IMG/VR virus record: IMGVR_UViG_3300030330_004274
Coordinates: 1-64,000 of that record
Source of the DNA: a virus
Taxonomy: Duplodnaviria; Caudoviricetes
Reading direction: 5' to 3' (one strand)
DNA: 64,000 nt
Of the stretch, positions 45,523-54,761 are shown piece after piece. Position 1 is the first letter of the stretch. Every line of letters begins with the position of its first letter. The notes beneath the pieces are model-generated. The model was not told the DNA's origin and did not search any database. It saw only the letters and a program-made list of their open reading frames with translations. Both the position numbers and the translations under genes were made by a program.

Positions 45523-46112
45523 TAATAACTGATAAAGATAAACTAATAAAAAAATGTACTAATTGTAAAACAATAAAAGAAGGTGAAGCGATTGCTGTAA
45601 AACTTATAGATGAATTAAAAGATTCTAAAAGTGGTATCGGTTTAGCTGCAAATCAAATAGGTCTTGATAAAAGAGTATGTGTTATTAATGTCAAAGAACC
45701 TATAGTTTTAATTAATCCAACCATAACAGAAAAATCTACTGAGATGTTTGCATTTATGGAAGGTTGTTTATCTTTTCCTAAACAGGCAGTAAGAACTTTA
45801 AGACACAAATCAATAAAAGTTAAAGCAAAAAATCATAAAGAAGTTTTAGAATTTAAAGTACCACAAGATAAAAACGATTCTGATTTCTTATTGACTTCAT
45901 ATGAAGTTGCTTGTGTTCAACACGAAATAGACCACCTTGATGGTTTAACAATGTTTGATAGAGAATACAAACAACAACCATACAAAAGAAAAATTAACAA
46001 AATTGGTAGGAACGATAAAGTAGTAATTAAAAAAGATAATGAAACACAAACAATAAAATACAAAAAGTTTGAAAAACTTTCAGAAGATGGATGGGAATTA
46101 GTAGAGGTATAA
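45519..46112 (+). CDS. def: peptide deformylase
   Basis: GIGLAANQIG, EGCLS, QHEIDHLDG. Confidence 0.93.
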   Translation: MIITDKDKLIKKCTNCKTIKEGEAIAVKLIDELKDSKSGIGLAANQIGLDKRVCVINVKEPIVLINPTITEKSTEMFAFMEGCLSFPKQAVRTLRHKSIKVKAKNHKEVLEFKVPQDKNDSDFLLTSYEVACVQHEIDHLDGLTMFDREYKQQPYKRKINKIGRNDKVVIKKDNETQTIKYKKFEKLSEDGWELVEV

Positions 46113-46233
46113 AAGACTTTATATTTTTCCTACCCTATCTTTTTGCATTAGGGATAAGTGTGATTTCCATTACTTTAATTTATTTATCTTTATCTTTTGG
46201 TGCTTTCTTGATATTTATATATGAGCAACTAAA

Positions 46234-46605
46234 ATGGAAATGATTATGAAAAAAGAAAAACATAGTAGTGATAAAATATCTGAACAAACTCTTCACGAAA
46301 TTTTATTACAAATTAAATATACTTTAAATCATCTTGAAGATATTACTGCAGATGATAGAGCAATACTTGTAAAGTTAGTAAAACAAAATAATAAAATAGT
46401 AGAGTTTTTAAGAGAGTTACAAATTGAAGAAGTAGTAGAAGAAGAAATATTTGATACACCCACAACAGACCCGTCCTCTAAATACAAACATCTAAATGAG
46501 TTAGTACAAGAATTTATGGATAAAAAAGAAAGTTTAAAAGAATTAGAAAAAGAATTAAAAAAACATAAAGATGAAATAACTCCAGGCCAAGTAGGAGAAG
46601 CATAA
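46234..46605 (+). CDS. coiled-coil hypothetical protein
   Basis: Preceded by ATATTTATA at 46211. Confidence 0.55.
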   Translation: MEMIMKKEKHSSDKISEQTLHEILLQIKYTLNHLEDITADDRAILVKLVKQNNKIVEFLRELQIEEVVEEEIFDTPTTDPSSKYKHLNELVQEFMDKKESLKELEKELKKHKDEITPGQVGEA

Positions 46606-46824
46606 AAAAAAGTTGGCGTTTTGGAAAATTTCTTATACTTATATACAATGGTTACAGAATTACAGATAAAAAACACACAAGAGAATCAACGCTGATTCGA
46701 TAATTCACAAGGTTAATATAGGTTGTTATTACAACAGTTAATATTTTTGAGGGATTTTTGTGTGTATTTTTGTCTATAATGGTAAATAAACAACGAGTAA
46801 GTTAATAGTTAAGGAGAAAACTAA

Positions 46825-47667
46825 ATGAAGAAGCTAAGTATGAAGACTCTAATCACCTTATCAATTGCCTGTATGGGATTGTTTGGTATTGTTAGAGCTG
46901 AAGAAGTAGTTACAGAAACTACACTACCTGTCGTGTCTGTGACTGGTGAATTAAGCACGGACATTACCTTTGGTGACGCTACTACATTTGCTAGTCCATA
47001 TACTGGATTAACATTAAGTGGTGACGGATGGGTTGTAAGTACAAATCTATCAGATGGTATGGTTAACATCGAAGAAGCGAAATATTCGTGGACAGTCGTA
47101 GATGGTGTTAGTCTAACATTTGGTAGTCAAGCAGAACCATATGGATTGGCATGGGGCTTACATAGACCATCTAACAACTGGTTTGTTTCAACTCCAAGAG
47201 AACACGCGATTACAAATGGTGTGGGATTTGGATTGAACAAATGGGGTGTTGGAGCTGATTTCTTTTATGGTGGTAATGAAGTAGATGCTGATGCTCATTG
47301 GGCAACAAGAGTATCTTATGGAGTTACACTTGCTGGATTAGATTCCAATTTCGGACTATCATTAAATAGTGACGAAGCTCAACTTATAGATGTTAGTTTA
47401 GGTAATAACCTATTCACTACATCATTAGAGTATGATTTGTCAGAAGAGGCAGATGGTGCATATTGGGTAAGAGGAGTGGTAACACCACCTCAAGCTCAAG
47501 GTGCATTTCTACTTCTCGGGTATAATTCCGATGAAGTTGTGACATATGGAGTTGGGTATAAATGCTCAGATAGGATGAAAGTCGTATCAGAGTTTACATC
47601 TGGAACGGATTCAGATGGTAATAACATAGATAATGACTTTGCTATCAGAGCAAGTTATTCATTCTAA
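46825..47667 (+). CDS. outer-membrane beta-barrel/porin-like protein
   Basis: Signal peptide ending VRA, alternating beta-strand pattern, C-terminal ASYSF. Confidence 0.65.
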   Translation: MKKLSMKTLITLSIACMGLFGIVRAEEVVTETTLPVVSVTGELSTDITFGDATTFASPYTGLTLSGDGWVVSTNLSDGMVNIEEAKYSWTVVDGVSLTFGSQAEPYGLAWGLHRPSNNWFVSTPREHAITNGVGFGLNKWGVGADFFYGGNEVDADAHWATRVSYGVTLAGLDSNFGLSLNSDEAQLIDVSLGNNLFTTSLEYDLSEEADGAYWVRGVVTPPQAQGAFLLLGYNSDEVVTYGVGYKCSDRMKVVSEFTSGTDSDGNNIDNDFAIRASYSF

Positions 47668-47693
47668 TTAAATAAAACAACGGAGGAAATAAA

Positions 47694-47924
47694 ATGAATA
47701 TTAAATCAATTTTCGGAAGTATCGGTGATGTGTTAACAGGCATCGGTGGTGTCTTAACTGGTCTTGTATCAGTTTCAATTCTATCAACTGTAGTATTTGG
47801 TAGTGGTTGGTTAGGTACTGATGTGATTGCTAATATATCAGCACTTGTAGGTTCATTCCTATCAGGTGGTGTTACTGGTTTATTAGTACTTATCATTCTT
47901 TTATCTTTATGGGATAATAAGTAA
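47694..47924 (+). CDS. small Gly-rich membrane protein
   Basis: GGAGG RBS; similar to 55503-55718. Confidence 0.65.
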   Translation: MNIKSIFGSIGDVLTGIGGVLTGLVSVSILSTVVFGSGWLGTDVIANISALVGSFLSGGVTGLLVLIILLSLWDNK

Positions 47925-47941
47925 TCGATACTAATTAATAT

Positions 47942-47982
47942 AAATGGAGCTATTATTTTTTTGTAATAGCTCCATTTTTTTT
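47942..47982 (+). terminator. intrinsic terminator
   Basis: AAATGGAGCTATTA/TAATAGCTCCATTT followed by a T-run. Confidence 0.8.
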
Positions 47983-48046
47983 ATCTAATTCAGAATTATC
48001 TTATATTTATAGCTAAACCGACAATGGTTAATATAGGAGAGTTATT

Positions 48047-48910
48047 ATGAGTAAAAATAAAAGTTCTCAAAAAAAGGTTTCACTTCAAGAGTTAAATAAT
48101 CACGCGACAACAAATAAACGACAAGCCCTCAAGGATTTAAAAATGTTAAACTTTGATGAATTACAATATAAGAATCCAGCACAAAAAAGATTCTATAAAA
48201 CTATATCTAAAAAAGATATAACATTTGGGATTGGTCCTGCTGGGTGTGGTAAAACATATTTATCAGTTCATAGGGCATTAAGAGAGTTAGGTGATAAAAC
48301 AAATCATATAGATGGTATTGTTATTGTTAAACCTCTCGTAGAAGCTGCTGGTGAAAAGATAGGATATTTACCAGGTGATGTAGAAGAAAAAACAGCACCA
48401 TTTATGATGTCGTTTTATTACAATATGGAACAGATTATTGGTAAACAAAGATTACAAGTACTAAAGGAAAGTAATACAATTCAAGTAATACCATTAGCAT
48501 TTATGAGAGGTATTACTCTTGCAAATAAATTTGTTATACTTGATGAAGCACAAAATGCAACACCTGAACAAATCAAAATGTTTGTTACAAGAATCGGTGA
48601 GAATAGTAAATATATTATCACAGGTGATTTGGAACAATCTGATATATCTAAACACAAGAGTGGATTAGAAGATGCAATCAAAAGATTTGCTGGTGTACAC
48701 GGAGTAGGTTTGGCATCATTTAAAGAAAAAGATGTTGTTAGACATTCATTAGTAAGACGATTACTGAAAAGATATAAACCATCATTTAATGTTATTGATG
48801 AAACATCTGCGGAAGATACCATATCAATGTGGATTCACGATGAAGGTTTAGATACACCAGAAGATGGTTCAATAGAATCAAAGGATTGGCAATATCAATT
48901 AAAACAATAA
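48047..48910 (+). CDS. phoH: PhoH-family ATPase
   Basis: GPAGCGKT, GYLPG, FMRG.T, ILDEAQN, TRIG, GD..QSD, VVRH. Confidence 0.92.
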   Translation: MSKNKSSQKKVSLQELNNHATTNKRQALKDLKMLNFDELQYKNPAQKRFYKTISKKDITFGIGPAGCGKTYLSVHRALRELGDKTNHIDGIVIVKPLVEAAGEKIGYLPGDVEEKTAPFMMSFYYNMEQIIGKQRLQVLKESNTIQVIPLAFMRGITLANKFVILDEAQNATPEQIKMFVTRIGENSKYIITGDLEQSDISKHKSGLEDAIKRFAGVHGVGLASFKEKDVVRHSLVRRLLKRYKPSFNVIDETSAEDTISMWIHDEGLDTPEDGSIESKDWQYQLKQ

Positions 48911-48988
48911 AATAAAAAAAAGCGTTGACTTTAATACTATAAAGGTTGTATATTGTTATATGTATTTTAATAATATAGGAGAATCTTT

Positions 48989-49507
48989 ATGATTAAAACA
49001 TCTCATGCAATGTTAGTATCTGTAATAGCAATGTTAAGTTTAACTTGGTATTTTGATGGTATAACAGATAAACATTGGGAAGAAAGAAAAAGGTTGCAGG
49101 ATAAATTAACAAAGTTAGAAAGTGATTGTAGTAATATGTATCCAAACAGAATATCTTATAATGTTACGGTTACTACTTACAATCCAACTCGAAGACAATG
49201 TGATTCAACACCTAATATTACAGCAGATGGTACAAAGTTTCATACTTGGAAAGCATCTTCATACAGATATGTTGCTTTATCAAGAGATTTACTTTCTCGT
49301 TGGGGTGGGCCTTTTAACTACGGAGATTATATCGTAATAGAAGGAACTGGTGATAGGGATGGTGTGTATCAGGTAAGAGATACAATGAACCCTAAATGGA
49401 CAAATAGAGTTGATATTCTTACCACAAATAGTAGGTTTAAATATGATAACATTACTATGTACAAATACATAAAGGATGAATATTTACTTACAGATAATAG
49501 TTATTAA
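48989..49507 (+). CDS. 3D-domain (DPBB) cell-wall hydrolase-like protein with a membrane anchor
   Basis: TYNP...QCDSTPNITADG, VALSRDLL, VRDTM...VDIL. Confidence 0.7.
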   Translation: MIKTSHAMLVSVIAMLSLTWYFDGITDKHWEERKRLQDKLTKLESDCSNMYPNRISYNVTVTTYNPTRRQCDSTPNITADGTKFHTWKASSYRYVALSRDLLSRWGGPFNYGDYIVIEGTGDRDGVYQVRDTMNPKWTNRVDILTTNSRFKYDNITMYKYIKDEYLLTDNSY

Positions 49508-49525
49508 ACATAGGAGAAGCACAAT

Positions 49526-49711
49526 ATGAAGTGTATGATGAGTGTGGATGGCTCTAACATCGTTAGAGTCTCTGATGATAAAGCAGCTGAATTATTTCAC
49601 GAGGGTTATAGATATGTAGCTAAATCAGTTTGGAAAGAAAAAGTTCGTGATGTAAATAAAAAAGAAGAACCCAAGAAAACAAAAAAATCAAATAAGAAAA
49701 AAAGAAAATGA
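49526..49711 (+). CDS. hypothetical protein
   Basis: AGGAG RBS. Confidence 0.55.
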   Translation: MKCMMSVDGSNIVRVSDDKAAELFHEGYRYVAKSVWKEKVRDVNKKEEPKKTKKSNKKKRK

Positions 49712-50049
49712 TTAAATACATTCTTCTTTCAATAGCAACATTTATAGTTGTTAATATTCTTGTATGGTATCAACTTAATTCACAACTTGTATGGGATTGG
49801 GCTAAGGGATATAAATCTATGTGGATTATGTCTTTACTTGGTATTCCAATTAGTTTATTATTTTGGTTGTGTACTAAATGGGGATATTTAGGTTTTGGAA
49901 ATCTATGGGCTGTTAGATGGTTAGCATTTGGTAGTTCAATGATTGTATTTCCAATTATGACTTATTTTTATCTTGGAGAGGTTATAACATTAAAAACATT
50001 AATAAGTATTATATTATCTATATTAATAATATTATTACAGTTAATATAG
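49708..50049 (+). CDS. four-helix membrane protein
   Basis: Four hydrophobic segments; DMT/SMR-like size. Confidence 0.55.
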   Translation: MIKYILLSIATFIVVNILVWYQLNSQLVWDWAKGYKSMWIMSLLGIPISLLFWLCTKWGYLGFGNLWAVRWLAFGSSMIVFPIMTYFYLGEVITLKTLISIILSILIILLQLI

Positions 50050-50100
50050 CTTATAAGCTATTAGCTGTTAGCTTGTTAATTATTAAGCTTTTTAGCTATA
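50045..50100. repeat. array of six AGCT palindromes within an imperfect inverted repeat
   Basis: AGCT at 50048, 50056, 50063, 50070, 50086 and 50094. Confidence 0.85.
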
Positions 50101-50115
50101 TATAGGGAAAAAATT

Positions 50116-51756
50116 ATGAAAACAACAAAATATTTTTATGAACGGTCGAAATTTAAAGAATTTGTATCTAATATTACTTATCATCAGTTATTACAAATGA
50201 GTGATGATGATTTTAATAAATGGGCTAAATCATTAAGAAATGAAGTAGCAACTCAATGGGATACAACTAATACACCACCTGTGATTGGAAAAGATGAAGA
50301 GGGTATAATTAAATCATTTAAAAAGTTATCAGCAAATAAATGTGATTTCTTACAAGAAGATTATACTGATGATTCAGAATCACTTGGTATTATTCAGAAC
50401 TTTAATAAAGATGCATCTGCATGTAATCAATTTTTCCCAACAATGTTAAAGACAAAAATTTCTATTGGTAAATCTGCTGATGGTGGGTTATCAATCTATG
50501 ACCATTTTGCATTACCAGAATTAGAAGATAAATTTATTAGAGTTATGAAACGAGCAGTTAAAAGAGATAGTATGTATTCTTACTCTCGTTCTATCGTAAA
50601 CAAAAAAGATGAGAATCCATTTTGGGATGGGGAATCTGCATATGATTTTATTAAAAAAGTTAAAGATGAAAATTTACTTTCAGATAAATGGAAAGATATT
50701 GGTATTTGGATTGCAAGGGTAAAAGATTTAAATCTAAATAACTATGGAACTACAAATGAAGCATACAAAGGATTTGGTAATCTTTATATGTCCGCAGATG
50801 AAGTTAATGAGTTAAAAAATAATGGTTATCTTACAGATACAATGTTATCTAATATCGATGAGGTAGTAGATAAAGAAGTTTTAAAAAGTGGTAAAGAAAA
50901 TAAATTTTATTATCTTATCAGATGGTATGATAAAACTATACCAATCTTTCCAAAGATATTACAAATATTTAGATTAAGTTGTGGACAACCTGCAGTTAAC
51001 TTTCCTGCATTAACTGCTAAAATGTTATATGAAAATTATACAGAACATATTACCAATCAAGATAAAGTAACTGTCTATGACCCATCATCTGGTTGGGGTG
51101 GAAGAATACTTGGAGCAATGTCATCAAACAAAAAAATTCATTATGTTGGAACAGACCCAAATACAGATAATATCATAGATGAGTTAGGAGTATCTCGTTA
51201 TCAGTATCTTGCAGATTTTTACAACGAACATTGTACCAATGATTATTCAGATACTGCACTAAACTTTTTTGAACCTGTTGAAGAACCAAATACATTTGAA
51301 GTTTTTTCTGATGGTAGTGAATTAATTGGGAACAATCCAAAGTTTCAAAAGTATAAGGGACAATTAGATTTTGTTTTTACATCTCCGCCATACTTTAATA
51401 GAGAGCAATATTCGGAAGATGAATCACAATCTTTTAAAGCATACAACGAGTATGAGGATTGGAGAGATAATTTTTTAAGACCTACCTTAACAACTGCATA
51501 TGAATATTTAAAACACGATAGATATATTTTATGGAACATAGCATCTATAAAAATTGGTTCTGATACATATTACGATTTAGAAGGTGATTCAAGAAAAATA
51601 TTAGAAGAACTTGGTTGTGAGTATAAAGGTAAATTAAAAATGTTAATGACAAGAATGGTTGGGTTAGACCCATCAAAGAGTGGAATATTAAATAGTGTTA
51701 AACATCAAAACAAGGCATACAAGTATGAACCAATATTTGTATTTTATAAAGGATAA
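50116..51756 (+). CDS. amino (N4-C/N6-A) DNA methyltransferase-like protein
   Basis: Motif I YDPSSGWGG, GTDPN, motif IV FTSPPY. Confidence 0.75.
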   Translation: MKTTKYFYERSKFKEFVSNITYHQLLQMSDDDFNKWAKSLRNEVATQWDTTNTPPVIGKDEEGIIKSFKKLSANKCDFLQEDYTDDSESLGIIQNFNKDASACNQFFPTMLKTKISIGKSADGGLSIYDHFALPELEDKFIRVMKRAVKRDSMYSYSRSIVNKKDENPFWDGESAYDFIKKVKDENLLSDKWKDIGIWIARVKDLNLNNYGTTNEAYKGFGNLYMSADEVNELKNNGYLTDTMLSNIDEVVDKEVLKSGKENKFYYLIRWYDKTIPIFPKILQIFRLSCGQPAVNFPALTAKMLYENYTEHITNQDKVTVYDPSSGWGGRILGAMSSNKKIHYVGTDPNTDNIIDELGVSRYQYLADFYNEHCTNDYSDTALNFFEPVEEPNTFEVFSDGSELIGNNPKFQKYKGQLDFVFTSPPYFNREQYSEDESQSFKAYNEYEDWRDNFLRPTLTTAYEYLKHDRYILWNIASIKIGSDTYYDLEGDSRKILEELGCEYKGKLKMLMTRMVGLDPSKSGILNSVKHQNKAYKYEPIFVFYKG

Positions 51757-51759
51757 GAT

Positions 51760-52446
51760 ATGCATATAATTAAAGCAACATCACCTACTGATGCGTGGTT
51801 ACAATCACACAAATACCTTTTAGAGAATGGTGATAAAAAAGTTATGAATGAAAGTATAAATATGTCAGTAGAGATAGAAGATAATTTTGATACTGATGAA
51901 AAGTTTGATTCTTTATTCAGAAAAATATTTGGAGATGAGAGAATAGATTATGCAAGTTCTGTTACATTTGTTCCACCAAAACCTCATCCATTTGTAGATG
52001 GGTTACAATATCAGCAAAATGATACATCTGTTAAATGGAATAAAACTTATTGGGGTAGAATGATTTCTTGGAACAATGAGTTTAATCAAATAGAACAAAC
52101 TATTAAAAGATTAAAAGAACATAAGAACTCTAAAACAATTGCAATGCAAATCTATGACCCAAAATCTGATGGAAGAAAAACTATGAGTGGGATGCCTTGT
52201 TTGTTGAGTATTGATTTAAAACCAAGAAAAGAAGGTTTGTATCTAACTGCATTTTTTCGTAGTATGAGAATTAGTAAGAGTGGATATGCAGATTGGGTTG
52301 CACTATGTGAGATGGGTAAGTTCCTTTGTGAACAGGCAGATTTAAAATTAAAAAGAGTTACAACAATTGGTGGTTCAGTTCATCTTGGTGATATGAATAA
52401 TGAAAAGAAAAATGTGAGGGAATTATTTAATGTGTGGAATAGCTAG
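51760..52446 (+). CDS. thymidylate synthase-superfamily protein (dCMP hydroxymethylase-like)
   Basis: YWGRM, NQIE, catalytic PC, FFRS...D, GSVH. Confidence 0.7.
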   Translation: MHIIKATSPTDAWLQSHKYLLENGDKKVMNESINMSVEIEDNFDTDEKFDSLFRKIFGDERIDYASSVTFVPPKPHPFVDGLQYQQNDTSVKWNKTYWGRMISWNNEFNQIEQTIKRLKEHKNSKTIAMQIYDPKSDGRKTMSGMPCLLSIDLKPRKEGLYLTAFFRSMRISKSGYADWVALCEMGKFLCEQADLKLKRVTTIGGSVHLGDMNNEKKNVRELFNVWNS

Positions 52447-53950
52447 TATAATAGGTAAAGATTATAACAATGAACGCAACTCTAAATCTATGGCTGAGAT
52501 GTTGAGAAAAATAGAACATCGTGGTAGAGATAATAGTAGTGTTGATTTTAAAACTTATAAAAGAAAAACTATTTGGCTTGGACATAACAGATTATCAATC
52601 AATGATGTTTCTAAAGATGGTAATCAACCAATGCATTATAAAGATACTTCATTAATAGTTAATGGTGAGATTTGGAATTATAAAGAATTAAGAAAAGAAT
52701 ATGAAACTCGTGGGTATAAATTTAACTCTAACTCGGATAGTGAAATAATTTTATATCTATATGCAGAAAATGAATTAAAACGATTGGATGGTATGTTTTC
52801 TTTTGTAATTCACGATAATAATAAACTTATTGTTTCAAGAGATTGGGTTGGTAAAATTCCTTCATACATATCAATAGGTTCAGAAATTTTTATTGCATCA
52901 GAACTGAAGGCATTCCCAAAACCAATTAGAGAAAATGCACAATTTGTTCCAAGAAATTCTTTAATTACAATTAATCTTGATAATGATATGATGGATGTTC
53001 AAGAAAATTATTATTTTAAATTTTCATCTGAAGTAACTAAAGCAACATCTCATAAAGAGGTTGGTGAAAAAACATATGAGTTATTAGATAATGCAGTTCG
53101 TAAAAGATTATTATCTGATGTTCCTATTGCTACAATTAATTCTGGTGGGATTGATTCTACTGTTATAACTTATTTGGCTTCACAATATATTGATAACATC
53201 ACAAGTTATACAATCAACTTTGACGAAGATTCTGAAGATTTAAAAATGGCAAGATTACTTTCTGAAAGAAATGGAATTAATCTTGTTGAAGTTAAAGTAC
53301 CACAAGATGATAAATTAATCAAACAACGATTTTTAGAATGTATAGAAACAATTGAATATCCACTAACAGTTCAAGTTGAAGTTGGTATCCTTTGTTCATT
53401 TATGGCAAAACAAATAAGTGATGATGGTTTTAAAGTAGTATTTTCTGGTGAGGGTTCTGATGAAGCATATGGTTCATATGGTATGTTAAGAATGTTTAGT
53501 AAGAAACCAGATTGGAGTGACATAAGAAAAGCGTTGTTTAATAAGCAATTTTATGGTAACTTATTAAGAGGTAATAATATCTTTATGAAATATGGAACAA
53601 TAGAAATGAGAACACCATTCTTTGATACAGAGTTTTTAAACTATACTACAAACTTACCAAACGAATATACAAGTAATGGTAGTATGTGGAAATATCCTTT
53701 AGTAAATGCGTTTAAAAATAAATTACCTGATGAGATATTATATCAAGCAAAAAGAGCATTTCAAAAAGGAACAAACTTCAAAGGTTATATAGAAGATATA
53801 ATATTAAGTGATGGTAAAATAAATTTTAATAATAGAAAAAATATATTGCATGTTATCAGAGACCATTATAATAAAAAGTTTGGAGTAAACTATAAAAGTA
53901 TTAGAAGAGAAGTTAAATCAACAGATAAAGGTATTCTACAATGGGTTTAA
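52430..53950 (+). CDS. asnB: asparagine synthetase B-like glutamine amidotransferase
   Basis: N-terminal CGI, HRG.D, HNRLSI, NGEIWN, SDSE, SGGIDS, SGEGSDE, R.PF.D. Confidence 0.85.
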   Translation: MCGIASIIGKDYNNERNSKSMAEMLRKIEHRGRDNSSVDFKTYKRKTIWLGHNRLSINDVSKDGNQPMHYKDTSLIVNGEIWNYKELRKEYETRGYKFNSNSDSEIILYLYAENELKRLDGMFSFVIHDNNKLIVSRDWVGKIPSYISIGSEIFIASELKAFPKPIRENAQFVPRNSLITINLDNDMMDVQENYYFKFSSEVTKATSHKEVGEKTYELLDNAVRKRLLSDVPIATINSGGIDSTVITYLASQYIDNITSYTINFDEDSEDLKMARLLSERNGINLVEVKVPQDDKLIKQRFLECIETIEYPLTVQVEVGILCSFMAKQISDDGFKVVFSGEGSDEAYGSYGMLRMFSKKPDWSDIRKALFNKQFYGNLLRGNNIFMKYGTIEMRTPFFDTEFLNYTTNLPNEYTSNGSMWKYPLVNAFKNKLPDEILYQAKRAFQKGTNFKGYIEDIILSDGKINFNNRKNILHVIRDHYNKKFGVNYKSIRREVKSTDKGILQWV

Positions 53951-54753
53951 ATCTTAACACACCAATTGAAACATATTATTTAAATAACATACCTGTTGAT
54001 GTTAAGAGAGATGATTTACATAATGGTGATTTAGATTTACCGCCTTGGGCAAAGATTGAAGGAGTAAGACAATTAATGACAAGTGAAATTATTGATAAGA
54101 ATAAACCACTTGTACATTTAGCAGTAAGAGGTTCTTATACAGGTTGGGTACTTGGACATTATGGTAAAGAATATGATTTAGATATTAGAATTGCATATGG
54201 AGATTCAAAAAATTATCCAAGAGAGATGTTAGATAAAGTAGAATCGTATGGTGCAAAACTTGTACCTCTTCGACCAAATATGATGGCTATACTTTATAAT
54301 TCAATGAGTAGTTTGGCTAGAGAAAAGGGATGGCAAAAATTACCATATGCATTTGACCACCCAATTTATCATCAGTATTGGTATGATAAAACAAAACAAT
54401 TTTTTGATGATAGTGATTACGATAATTTAGTTATTCTTGGTGGTAGTGGTGTTACTGGTATAGGAATGATAAATAGTTTTCTTGATACAGAAAATTTTAT
54501 TATGAATAAAAAAGTTTATATAATATCAACATCAACTATATCATCAGTAAAAAATAAATTATCAGAGTGGAAATCTTATTTCCCTAATAACACAATCATA
54601 AAAGATACACCTTATGATTTTTATGATGAAATGAAAGATTATGAAACACCATTTCCATGCAATGTCAATTGGGATAAAAAAGCATGGTGGTGGTTAGAAC
54701 AAAATATAAATAAAATCGATGGTTCAACTTTATTTTGGAACATCGGAGCATAG
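53941..54753 (+). CDS. PLP-dependent fold-type II (TrpB/ACC deaminase-like) enzyme
   Basis: TP...VKRDDL...AK, GGSGVT phosphate loop, WDKKAW, LFWNIG. Confidence 0.65.
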   Translation: MGLNLNTPIETYYLNNIPVDVKRDDLHNGDLDLPPWAKIEGVRQLMTSEIIDKNKPLVHLAVRGSYTGWVLGHYGKEYDLDIRIAYGDSKNYPREMLDKVESYGAKLVPLRPNMMAILYNSMSSLAREKGWQKLPYAFDHPIYHQYWYDKTKQFFDDSDYDNLVILGGSGVTGIGMINSFLDTENFIMNKKVYIISTSTISSVKNKLSEWKSYFPNNTIIKDTPYDFYDEMKDYETPFPCNVNWDKKAWWWLEQNINKIDGSTLFWNIGA

Positions 54754-54761
54754 GAGAACAA

